A stretch of DNA of 64,000 nucleotides from Macrostomum lignano (taxonomy: Eukaryota), in the NCBI GenBank assembly GCA_002269645.1, contig NIVC01000946.1:186001-250000 (forward strand). Reading direction: 5' to 3'. Shown one piece after another: positions 1 to 12,400 of this stretch (position 1 is its first letter; every line of letters begins with the position of its first letter). The position numbers and the translations under genes were made by a program. The notes below the pieces were generated by a model, which was not told where the DNA came from, ran no database searches, and was given only the letters and a program-made list of their open reading frames with translations.

Positions 1-251
1 CTCAAGCTAGTAGTTTTGCTCAGTTAACTACTCGTACTCAGTAGTTTAATAGAAATTGAAGCCTGCCTTTTACTTTATTCGCACCAGTATCTGTACGCGC
101 TATCTCTCTATCAGGACATTTTATTGTCTCTCATAATTTCCCTCACCCACAGTCTCAGTTCTTGTACACAGTGTACGTAGATGACTTTCCACCAACAAAA
201 ATCAATCATTAACCCAGAATCCTGCTCATAATTCTTCGCGCCCCCATACAG

Positions 252-460
252 CAGCAGCGCAGGTTATTTCGTGGGGGCCGTGCGCACCCAGTCGGGCCGA
301 TTGCAGTGGCTGGACGGCAGCCCAGTGGAGCCGGGCGCATTCTACATGGGCCGGCAGCCCAGCAGCGGCTGCGTCCTGTACTCGATGAAGTACAACGCCC
401 TGGTAGAGACCAGCTGCGGCGGCAGGCAAATGTTTATCTGCCAGGTGGAAAAAGTAGATC
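252..460 (+). CDS. Exon: C-terminal half of a C-type lectin domain
   Basis: acceptor ccatacag|, donor |gtaagt at 461; GRLQWLDGSPV...CVLYS...SCGGRQMFICQ. Confidence 0.8.
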
Positions 461-3400
461 GTAAGTTTCTCTGAAGCCGATTTTCAACCTGTTTAGAGGG
501 CCGAATATATACAGAAATTAAAATATAAATATTGATATATTCCGACCGAAAATAACAAAATACAACTTGAAATGAACAGTTTAGCAGTGTAAATAAACAG
601 AACATGAATGAACAAGACAGAATGAAACATAATCCAATCTTAACAAGTTATCTTTAACGAATTACCGATGATACAACGAATGAGTTTCTAAACGTTGAAT
701 GTCAAGTGGAATGCGTTTAAGGCTTTTAGTAGGCCTACCATTAAATATTGAATCGTAGTTAAAAAGTAACGTCTTTTTTGCAGCCGACAGCGCAGTCTCC
801 ACTCCAGTCGTGTTGTCAGCTGTGTACAACACAGACTTGGGTACAACTGCTCAACGGGACACCTACAGTGGTAACGGAGTCTATGAGCACATGGCCCTGC
901 TCAGTATGGACTCTGAGTACACCAGCGGTGTGCCAGCGGTGCTTGACTGTCAGCAGCCCGACGGTCGTTGCAGTCGAAGCATCTGCGCAGATCCCAGCAT
1001 GAAGGAGTCCGGCACTGCTGATGAGCTGGTTTTCAACTATGTCAACATTAGCGTCGGTAAGCATGCGACTGTAAGACTACAAGAGCTCGTACTACTGCTT
1101 GCCGTATCAGTAGTATTGAGGGATAAATTTTTTGTACTAGCTTCACCTAACTATACCTGCTGAACAGTGGCTCTGTCTGTTACAGCAGCCACACCTGCAA
1201 TACAACAGTTTCACCTGCAACACAGCAGTTTCACCTGCAATACAGTAGTTTCACATGTATTACTGTAGTTTCACATGTATTACAGAAATTTCACATGTAA
1301 TACAGTATTTTCACCTGTAATACAGTAGTTTCACTTGTAATACAGTAGTTTCAACTGTAATACAGCAACTTCACCTGTAATATAGTAGTTTCACCTGTAA
1401 TACAGCAGTTTCAACTGTAATACAGCAACTTCACCTGCAATACAGTAGTTTCACCTGTAATACAGCAGTTTCACCAGAAATACAGCAACTTCACCTGTTG
1501 TACAGCAGATTCATTGGAAATACAGAAAGCCTAATTTTTTAACGGTGATTTTACTTGTTATGCAGTAGCCATTAAATACATTTGACAGTGTTTGCTTTGG
1601 ATTCTTTATCCAGGTTGCCACAATCCCTTGCTGCTGGAGGACCAGGTTCTGATCAAATCATCATCGTTTAACTCTCGTCGCTCGCATAATAACAGTCATA
1701 TTGGCAGCATCATGTCTTCAGATGGTACGCTATTGATACACGCATTTACCACACATTCAACGTTCTGCACTCTGTGACTATCTTTAAACTGCATGAACTT
1801 TTCTCATGATGCGCGCAAAATACCTCCCTTGCAGATTATGTGCAGTGTGTTTTGACTCGAAACGACTTCAATTTTTATCGGTACCCATGGTCCGTGACAA
1901 AACAGGGGGAGGTGTGCAAACCCTGGGCCACCGTCGATGCAACTTACAAAGAGTACAATTCGTCGTGTATTTCTTGTGAGCACCGTTAACATCATTTTAG
2001 GCAGCGCGTTGTCTTACAAAAGCAGTTTTACGGCTATAATATTCTTTAAAAATTCCAGACTCCAGCCTCTACGAGCCACGCTGCTACAACCAAGCTAATA
2101 CTCTTACAGATTGTGTTGACTACACAAACAATTACTGTGGTAATAAATTAGAAAGGAGCCTTCCCCTGTTGCTCCTTCTTGTTCCTTGTAGCCGATTGTT
2201 ACTCTTTCCTGTGTCTTGCAGCCGGTTGTTACTCCTTCCTGTGTCTTGCAGCCGGTTGTTACTCCTTCCTGTGTCCTGTAGCCGATTGTTACTCCTTCCT
2301 GTGTCCTGTAGCCGATTGTTACTCCTTCCTGTGTCTTGCAGCCGGTTGTTACTCCTTCCTGTGTCCTGTAGTCGATTGTTACTCCTTCCTGTGTCCTGTA
2401 GCCGATTGTTACTCCTTCCTGTGTCCTGTAGCCGATTGTTACTCCTTCCTGTGTCCTGTAGCCGATTGTTACTCCTTCCTGTGTCCTGTAGCCGATTGCT
2501 ACTCCTTCCTGTGTCCTGTAGCCGATTGTTACTCCTTCCTGTGTCCTGTAGCCGATTGTTACTCCTTCCTGTGCCCTGTAGCCGATTGTTACTCCTTCCT
2601 GTGTCCTGTAGCCGATTGCTACTCCTTCCTGTGTCCTGTAGCCGATTGTTACTCCTTCCTGTGCCCTGTAGCCGATTGTTACTCCTTCCTGTGTCCTGTA
2701 GCCGATTGTTACTCCTGTCTGTGTCCTGTAGCCGATTTTTACTCCTTCCTGTGTCATGTAGCCGATTGCTACTCCTGCCTGTGTCCTGTAGCCGATTGAA
2801 AATACTAGGACACAGGAAGGAGTAACAGTCTACCTTAAGCGGCTAATTAATTAACTGTGAACTTATTCTTGCTAACCAATGTTCTTCAATTTCACATTCC
2901 AACCCCCAGCTGAGTACTATTACCCACCGCGCTCGGAAAACAACCCTTCAAGCATCCTGAAGGAAGCAAGCGTCCACTTTAACGGCCTGAAATTGACTCC
3001 CAGCATCACAGGAGCCAACGGACTGTACGTGAACACCCAGGCTTACACTGGCAGCGTCCCGCAGCCCCAGACAGTCTGGTGGCTGCTGCTGGATTTGAAG
3101 TTGCAGTACCGGCTGGGACAGATGCGACTCAAGACAGGTGATGCCATCCTAATACTGACTGTCAACTCTGAGTTGTTTACACAGTATTCACTGGACTTTT
3201 GATTGAAATCGTGTAGTTAAAATATTTGGATAGTTTGATTGACTAATAATCGTGTTTAAACTCGAATTGAGTCGCTCGATTTTTTTAATCTAATCAAATA
3301 TTGACTTGACCTGTCATGTTTTGACTTTCAGCCGATGTTTTGAACAACATTAGCGTTAGAACAAGTGACAAGTGGAATGCTGCGCTAAATGAATCGGCCT

Positions 3401-6400
3401 TCGAAAACTGGACCTCCTGCTTTGAGTGGAACTACCCGGAACCGATGCCCAGCTCAACAGACTTCTACGTCACCTGCCACGTGGAGACAGCTGCTCGATA
3501 TTATGTAATCTTGAGGAGCGCAGCCATTGGAACATTGAAGATTAGCTATGTCACTCTGGTTGGAGATGAAGGTGAGATGGCCTGTCATACGGACTAACAG
3601 ATGGAGATAGATAGACAGACATACAGACAGACAACTCTTGTTATAGTTTAAAATCGCTTAATGCAGTATGCATTATTAAGTTGGCAAAAGCAGTCATTGA
3701 CAACCAACGCTCGCTCCCCTCAGTTCCGGAAATCGGTTCCAAGCTGCAAAAGTTCATTCCGTCCAGATTTCCTCGACAATTGATAGCGGAAGCCGTACAG
3801 AACGGCAACCGGATGGAATTTCACCTGCGCATCAGAACCGCTTCCGTGATGCTGTACTTCTCTGAGTTCTACGAGCAGGCGGACATAATGACTGGAGTGA
3901 GTGCTCCTCAGAGTTAGACAGTATATATACAAAAAGTTCCAAGTTACAATTTTGATTCAGGATGACTATTGCGCCATTTATTGCGTTCAGGCGTAATTTT
4001 ACGACGCACTTACTTGACTTAGCTGCAGGGGGTTCCATTCAATGCACAGATATCTAGACTTGAATCATTAATCAATTGGCCACGGGCCATTGGCTTGCAG
4101 TCAGCCTATCTTTTGAAACCAGATTGAAACGTACGGCGGGCCGCCCGCCGAGAATGTCTGTGACTTTGGAGTACCTTGGCCTGCTTAAAGTACGTTTGTG
4201 CATTTCGATTAGGCAAGAAAATCGTGTCTTTTAAGTGATTGCATCAATGTGAAGGTCTGGAAAGTCTGCCAGGCTGATGAAGAACGATTGAAGAGATGGA
4301 TCGTAGTCAATGCAAACTCGAGCGAGTGCTTTTTTCATCGAGAGCACTGAAAAAGCAAAAAAACTATCGTTTCCAAAAGAGTCGTTGAACATATTGACGA
4401 TTCTGAATGCTGACATTTTACATGCATGGCTAAAGAAGAAGGGGTTTTCTCACTTGCGAATCAGTCATTCTGCCTTTATAGATTATATGTACTACTTGGC
4501 TTCCCCGATCCCCTTCCACCAGACCAGGTACGAGGTGGTCATCACCTGTAACGGCAGCCACGCGTTCCTGGCCGCAAATCCGGCCGTTCGTCGTGGCGAC
4601 CTCTTCGGCGCCAATCTGCAGACGCTCGCCGCCCTGGCGGTGTTGGAGTCGGCCCGGCTGCCAGTCCAGTGCGACGACTTCCTGCGCACCTCGACAGCCT
4701 GGAGCGGCGAGCCGCCAGTTCAGGTGGCCATCGAGATCGAAGGACAAACGTTGGCCAGACTGCAAGCACCACTGAACAGCAGTTTGAATGTCAGCAATGT
4801 TGCTTACGTTGGGGTGGACTCTGAGCACCAGGCTGTACTGTTGATTAATAAAACCGGTAAGAATCTCGATTAACTCCTTACTTTCTCATATAGATAATTT
4901 ATGAGAGCTTTAAGCAAGACTGCAGGGTTTTGAGCGCTGAGCAGTCTCGTTTCGCTTGTGTGTTCAAAACAAGCGCTCGATACGGACGCGCACAGGTAAA
5001 CTCAGACATATGTGTATCAACAGCGGCCCTGACTTTCTCGTTGTCAGACCATGTGCTACATACTACTAATGTACATATCATGACAATCCTCAATGATTTT
5101 ACCTTTCAGGCCAAAGAAGCCTAGGATTTTGGAGCCCAGTAACCGCCAATGGGCCTGACAGTGCCAACGGGTTCCGTGAATACATTCAGGTGCGAATGAA
5201 TTTTGCTCAGCGAATCACGAGTGCTTTACCATGGCATTGCAGACAGTCTGAAGTCTAGAAATTTTTCCTTTCGTGGTTGCCATTTACAGGCCAGCTTCCC
5301 GAAGTTTGTCACGGCCTTCATCCTGTCGATGCAGAGCGGCACAGGTAGATTTGATGCTGGCAGCAGCTGGGCATCGAATGTGAAGAAGGTACAGCTGGCC
5401 TACAGTAACAACGGACTGCACTTTGAGCACTACATTCACGTGAGCAGTAGTATAGCTTTATTTTGGGAAATTTATACAATCTACGAGGCAGAATGACGGG
5501 TTCAAGAAGCTGTGCGTTTGCAGTTAGTTGCCTAGAAAAAGACGGTGCTAGAAGCCACAGCCAGGCAATGTACAGTGTGAAATGAGGAGTGAAGATGAAG
5601 AAGGCGAATTTCACTGAGTTCGCTTTTAGCTGTCCTGTTCGCACTTAAAATTCCGTTAAAACCGACAGAAAATCCGCGGCCCATTGGCTGGCGATTTTGT
5701 CACCAGCTACCGCCTGACCCCGGAGGTGACGGCCAAAGCCTATCGCGTTTATATCGTGGATTTTACTAACAGGATCGAGTTTCGCTGGATGCTGTACGGC
5801 TGCTGGAACTGTGAGTTTTTTATTTATTTTATCGTTCAAATTTTCAGCAGAAATGCAGATCTATAATCGAATTTTATCTTCGTTTGTTGTCATGACAACT
5901 TAGCCTAACCAAAGCCCCATACAGAGGGGCCAGCTGACAAACCCAACGTTTCACAAAATTCCAAGAAAGCATTTTATTTCACAAACCCATGGTCTGAAAC
6001 CCAGGCAAAGTAGCTCTCGGAACCTTCAGTTCAGTTCAGTTCAGTTCAGTTCAGTTCAGTTCAGTTCAGTTCAGTTCAGTTCAGTTCAGTTCAGTTCAGT
6101 TCAGTTCAGTTCAGTTCAGTTCAGTTCAGCGAGAAGCTAGAATCGAACCCAATTAACTTTAGCGCAAGAGTCTGACCTGTTACCAAGGTGCTACTTTGCC
6201 TACCTGTTAAGCACTTGAGCTCTGATCAGTAGCTCGACGGAGTTGAAAGCTTTACGTACCTTCTTTGAAAGTTAGAGTTTTTAAAATAAAACCTCTTACC
6301 TTCAAACAGCTTCCTATAATGATTTGAGTCCGCCGCCTCAGCTCATCTCTGGTCATCAGACAGCGGTGAGCTCAACTCCCTACTCAACATACTATGCCAA

Positions 6401-9400
6401 GTATGTGAACGATGGCAACAGGCTGGCGGTGATGTCAGCACCCTGCTGGGTCGGCTCCGGCCTGCGACCATACATTGCAATCGACTTGGAGAGGCCGAGA
6501 TTCGTGCACAGCGTCATTGTTTATTCGCAGTTGGACGATGACAAAGGTGATGCTAGTTGGGAGCAATGCACCACCTGAGGGCTGCTAGACACCAGACTGG
6601 GAGCAATGCACCACCTGAGAGGGCTGCTAGACACCAGACTGGGAGCAATGCACCACCTGAGAGAGGGCTGCTAGACACCAGACTGGGAGCAATGCACCAC
6701 CTGAGAGAGGGCTGCTAGACACCAGACTGGGAGCAATGCACCACCTGAGAGAGGGCTGCTAGACACCAGACTGGGAGCAATTTCGTAGCATCCAAATATT
6801 TATACCAATCGGTCCGTACTTAATATATGACTATTTATAGGTTTCGTCACCAACGACCGGAACAGTAACTCGGCAGTGTACCTGTCTAACAGCAGTGAGA
6901 GTTCAGCGCCTGTAGTAATTGCCAAGACAGACAACACAGTTCCGCCTCAACCTTGGATAATTAAAGCTGATAGGGTATGTTTTATAAATTCGGTAATAAA
7001 TCATGAGGCTAGCTATGTGACAAATTATGATTCCTAAATTTCTGTCCATCATTTTTACAGCCAGCGAGATACGTCGGACTGTTGCGTCACTCAAACGACA
7101 CGGGCTATTTTTCGGTTTGCGAAATAGAAGTTTATGGTTATCCAATTGGTCAGTTAAAAAATAATTTTTGTAACGTAGCGTAATGTATTTCTGCACGCAG
7201 ATGTACTTTTTAATGACGAGCGGTTATTCACTTTTGTAAATACTTGATTTTTGCATGAAAATGGTACTTCTCATAAGGATGTATGCTCGTACTAATTATT
7301 GCTTCAGTACTTTTACTTCGTAACTCAGTTTAATTTTCCATAGCTTGAAGGGGGTTGTAGCCTAGTAGTTAGAGCGTCGGACTCACGACTTGAAGGTCGG
7401 GGTTCGATTCTCGACCCACTCGGGACAATTTGTGTCCTTGAGCAAGACAGTTAACTCTGCATTGCTTCAGTTCACCCAGCTGTAAAATGGGTGCCAGCAA
7501 TAGCTGGGGTAATTGAGGGTGTGTGGCGACCCCCCAGTCCTTGGACTAAACAGCCGTACGCAGCCTTCAGATGCACCGCGCAATAGCTGCGGCTGAGCTG
7601 TCGGTTGCTCATCTGCTCATTAGGGCAGGTGTAATAAATAATAATTATTATTAGCTTGATAGAAATCTCTCGTTTTGAATAAAATTTTAATAATTGTAAT
7701 TTTCACATCTCCAAACTCTTCACCCTTGGACACTCACCAGGCATTCCGCTGCCCCAACCCTCATCCGGCTTGCCCAACACCACCTCTATAGGCTTCCTGA
7801 CCCCACCCCTAGGTTTGCCCCACCCCGCTTCCGGCCTGCCCTCACCCCGCCTCTGGGGCCTCCTCATCGCTGATTGGCTCCCCCTCGCTGATTGGCTCCC
7901 CCTCGCTGATTGGCTCCCCCTCGCTGATTGGCTCCCCCTCGCTGATTGGCTCCCCCTCGCTGATTGGCTCCCCCTCGCTGATTGGCTCCCCCTCGCTGAT
8001 TGGCTCCCCCTCGCTGATTGGCTCCCCTCGCTGATTGGCTCCCCCTCGCTGATTGGCTCCCTTCGCTGATTGGCTCCCTCTCGCTGATTGGCTCCCCCTC
8101 GCTAATTGGCTGGCCAATTTTTGGCAAAGACCGTACCATTTTCCTACTACTGTTATCTCTTACACATTTGTATTTTACATAAATTATATACTTTTATGTC
8201 AGTGCTTTTTGCGCGAATGTGTATAAGTATAGGGATTTTTCTCCTGTACGAGCTAATAATCAGTCAAGATTCAATCTTTATTCACTAAAATCTCTAACTA
8301 ACAAAGCTTTTCCCTGTCCCCCCCAGGCCAACCGGGTGATCAGCTGGCCAGGCTGCTGCACGCGCCAACCCAGTTCGGCCAGCGCTACCCGGTGACCTCG
8401 GCGGTGACCAGTCCCTACCTGAGCAAGTTCAAGTTCTACACTGGCGACGTGTACTCACTGCCGCTGAACCTGCCAGGTAGCGAGGCGTTCTCATTCGCCT
8501 ACTACACCTATAACACGGCGGCTGGCATTAGCGTCTACCTGCCCTGCGTGTTCACCCTGACCGGCTTTGTTGCCATGGGAACCGGACAGCACAAGCCCTA
8601 CTCGGGCCGGTTTACCGGTCTCCGGGTTCGCTACGCCTACGAGAGGAGCGCAAAATTTCTGGATTATTATCGCTACCCTGGCACGGCGACCATTGTGAGC
8701 AGCTGTTTACCGTTAAATTTGCTAAACTCCTACTTTAAGTAGTTTAAACCAAAACTGCTAATTTTCGCAATTCGTTTAAATTTCACACAAACTTCTACAG
8801 GTGGAATTCGACGGCCCAATGGACGAGATGCAGGCGAGGAAGTACTACTTTCAGCGACCGTTCCAGGCTTCCATAGTGGAACTCGAGCCCACGGGCTACT
8901 CGGGTCAGAGGGCCATCAAGCTGGACTTTCTCGGCTACCCAGACGATGGCAGTGAGTGCTGAGTGACAGTCCAAACAAACTGACTTTAATTTCAGACACC
9001 TGAATTTAGTCCAGAGCAGATCACCTGAACAAAAGTTGATAAATCGATTGCAGACAGCACCCAGGTGCCAGGCCAATCGAGCTTCAATGGCAGCGCAGCC
9101 ATCGTGATAAACCTGACAGTGCTGCATCATCTGAGCTACCTGTCTGTGAATCGCAGCGCAGCAGATCATCTTCGATTCACCGTGAGCTACCGGGAGGTGA
9201 CGCTGGAGACCGGCTGGACAGATCTTGTTGTCAATAATTTCACCTGGGTGGTGAGTTTATTTTAGCCTTAGTAAATTGAAGTCTGCTTTTAAATGTGAGC
9301 CATTTTCCCGCCAATTTGAATGCACCATTGTCGTCTACAGAGTTCCCACACAATGTCAATCCTATATACTAAAATATAATCTTAAAAACTAACTTAAAGA

Positions 9401-12400
9401 TCTCATTAAATCTACCTCATCCACCACGTCCCATAAAGATCTCATACAGATCCCACACAGATCCCACACAGATCCCATACAGATCCCATACAGATCCCAC
9501 ACAGATCCCACACAGATCCCACACAGATCCCACACAGATCCATACAGATCCCACACAGACCCATACAGATCCCACACAGATCCATACAGATCCCACACAG
9601 ATCCATACAGATCCCACACAGATCCACACAAATCCCACACAGATCCCACATAGACCCACACAGATCCATACAGATCCCACACAGATCCACACAGATCCCA
9701 TACAGATCCCATACAGATCCACACAAATCCCACACAGATCCCACACAGATCCCATACAGATCCCACACAGATCCACACAAATCCCACACAGATCCCACAT
9801 AGACCCACACAGATCCATACAGATCCCACACAGATCCACACAGATCCCATACAGATCCCATACAGATCCACACAAATCCCACACAGATCCCACACAGATC
9901 CCATACAGATCCCACACAGATCCACACAAATCCCACACAGATCCCACACAGACCCACACAGACCCATACAGATCCCACACAGATCCACACAGATCCCATA
10001 CAGATCCCACACAGATCCCACACAGACCCATACAGATCCCACACAGATCCATACAGATCCCACACAAATCCCATACAGATCCCACACAGACCCACACAGA
10101 TCCCACACATCCCATCCTTGCAAACCGGCTTCACCCAAACAGTAATCAACAATGTTCCCCAGCCATTCCTCCCAGGTCCCAGCTCAAGAGACTCGGTCCC
10201 GCATTCTCTCCACAGTTTGAGACCAGCAATCGGCAGGAGCGCTTCATCCTGCCCAGCCTCCTGCAGCCGGTGTCGCTGCGGCTGAACCTCATCTCCGGCA
10301 GCCTCCTGCCCAGCCAGGTCACCACTCTGGGCCGGCCGCTTAGCAACTGCCCTCTGGGATTTGTTCCCCATTTCGATGTCTGTTTCCGGCTGGTGACTGT
10401 GCAGGCCAGATGGGCTGAGGCCTTGGCCCACTGCCAGTCGGCTTACACCTGGGCTGGCGGGCGAGGCACCCTGTTCCAGCCGAAGGACCCGATGAAGCTA
10501 TCGTTTCTAGCCAAATAGTGAGTGGCTCTGGGTGTCGGATTTTTGGGTATTTGAATATGGGAGCGTACACGTGAATGTCTGAGCTTCTATGTGAATGTCT
10601 GAGCTTCTATGTGAATGTCTGAGCTTCTATGTGAATGTCTGAGCTTCTATGTGAATGTCTGAGTTTCTATGTGAATGTCTGAGCTTCTATGTGAATATCT
10701 GAGCTTCTATGTGAATATCTGAGCTTCTATGTGAATGTCGAGCTTCTATGTGAATGTCTGAGCTTCTATGTGAATGTCTGAGCTTCTATGTGAATGTCGA
10801 GCTTCTATGTGAATGTCTGAGCTTCTGTGTGAAAAGCGGAGCCTATATTCGAATTGGTGTGAAATTTTGGGGCAGAAATTGTCATCTCTCGAATTTCTCA
10901 CCCCAGCTACTCCTGGCGGCTGCACGTGGGCATTCGTCGCGACCCGGCCAGCGGAGGCTGGCAGTGGCTGGACGGCGATCCCATGCCTTCGTCGGCCTGG
11001 GTGCTCGACCAGCCCGGCGACCTGTTCGGCGCCTGGGACGCCGCTGCGGCCGGCCTGACTGCCCTGGCCTCGGATTCAGTGCCGCTGTACTTTGCCTGCC
11101 AGGTGCCGCTGTACACCGCGCCAGGCGGTGAGTGCCAGGTGTACATTTTTTATTAGGAGCTGTACATTATCCAATGGTGAGCTGTACATTATCCAATGGT
11201 GAGCTGTACATTATCCAATGGGGAGCTGTACATTATCCAATGGGGAGCTGTACATTATCCAATGGGGAGCTGTACATTATCCAATGGGGAGCTGTACATT
11301 ATCCCTTAGGGAGTTGTACACTATCCAATGGTGAGCTGTACATTATCGAACGGGATGTTGCACATCGATTCTCGTACACTCCCAGATCCCAGCAGCTGCG
11401 CCAGCGGGCCGCTGATGTACTACGGAGAGCCGTACGCTGCCTGCACCGGCTGCAATGACGATTTCGAAGTGTTCACGGAGTCCCTGGATAATCGCTGGGC
11501 CGCTCTGTGGCCGCTGACCTTCATGGACAGTTACTATGGCAACATGAGCATGTGGTACCGCACCAGAAGCACTCAACAGAAGATTCTAGCCAATGTGCAG
11601 CTGTCCACCAGCTGGGCTGCAAGCACTAGCACAGTGACGCACTATTTTACATGCGTCAGACCAGGTCAGTCCAGAGGCATAGGTGTCACAGATATAGGTG
11701 TAAAAGCATTATGTGTCACAGCACTACTACAGGTGTCACAGCACTAGTAAGTGTACAGGTGTCACAGCACTAATACATGTGTCACAGCACACATACAAGT
11801 GTCACAGACTCACAGCACTAGTAAATGTACAGGTGTCACAGCACTAATACATGTGTCACAGCACTAATACATGTGTCACAGCACACATACAAGTGTCACA
11901 GCACTAGTAAATGTACAGGTGTCACAGCACAAATACAGGTGTCACAGCACTAATACAGGTGTCACAGCACTGATACAGGTGTCACAGCACAAATACAGGT
12001 GTCACAGCACTAATACAGGTGTCACAGCACTGATACAGGTGTCGCAGCACTGATACAGGTGTCACAGCACTGATACAGGTGTCACAGCACAAATACAGGT
12101 GTCACAGCACTAATACGGGTGTCACAGCACTGATACAGGTGTCACAGCACTAATACGGGTGTCACAGCACTAATACAGGTGTCACAGCACTGATACAGGT
12201 GTCACAGCACTAATACGGGTGTCACAGCACTAATACAGGTGTCACAGCACTGATACAGGTGTCACAGCACTAATACAGGTGTCACAGCACTGATACAGGT
12301 GTCACAGCACTAATACAGGTGTCACAGCACTAATACGGGTGTCACAGCACTAATACAGGTGTCACAGCACTGATACAGGTGTCACAGCACTAATACGGGT

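Noticed and set aside
4123-4159. Possible micro-exon IETYGGPPAENV bridging phase 0 to 1
   Set aside because: Weak donor, and the paralog alignment favours extending the next exon to ~4442; not fully excluded.
7350-7425. tRNA gene
   Set aside because: A/B boxes are present but there is no convincing acceptor stem, and it continues into a body shared with the 23720 copy, so it is a SINE head.
7741-7860. Possible Pro-rich exon after the SINE
   Set aside because: No good donor before the 18-bp array; 7148 joins 8327 in phase without it.
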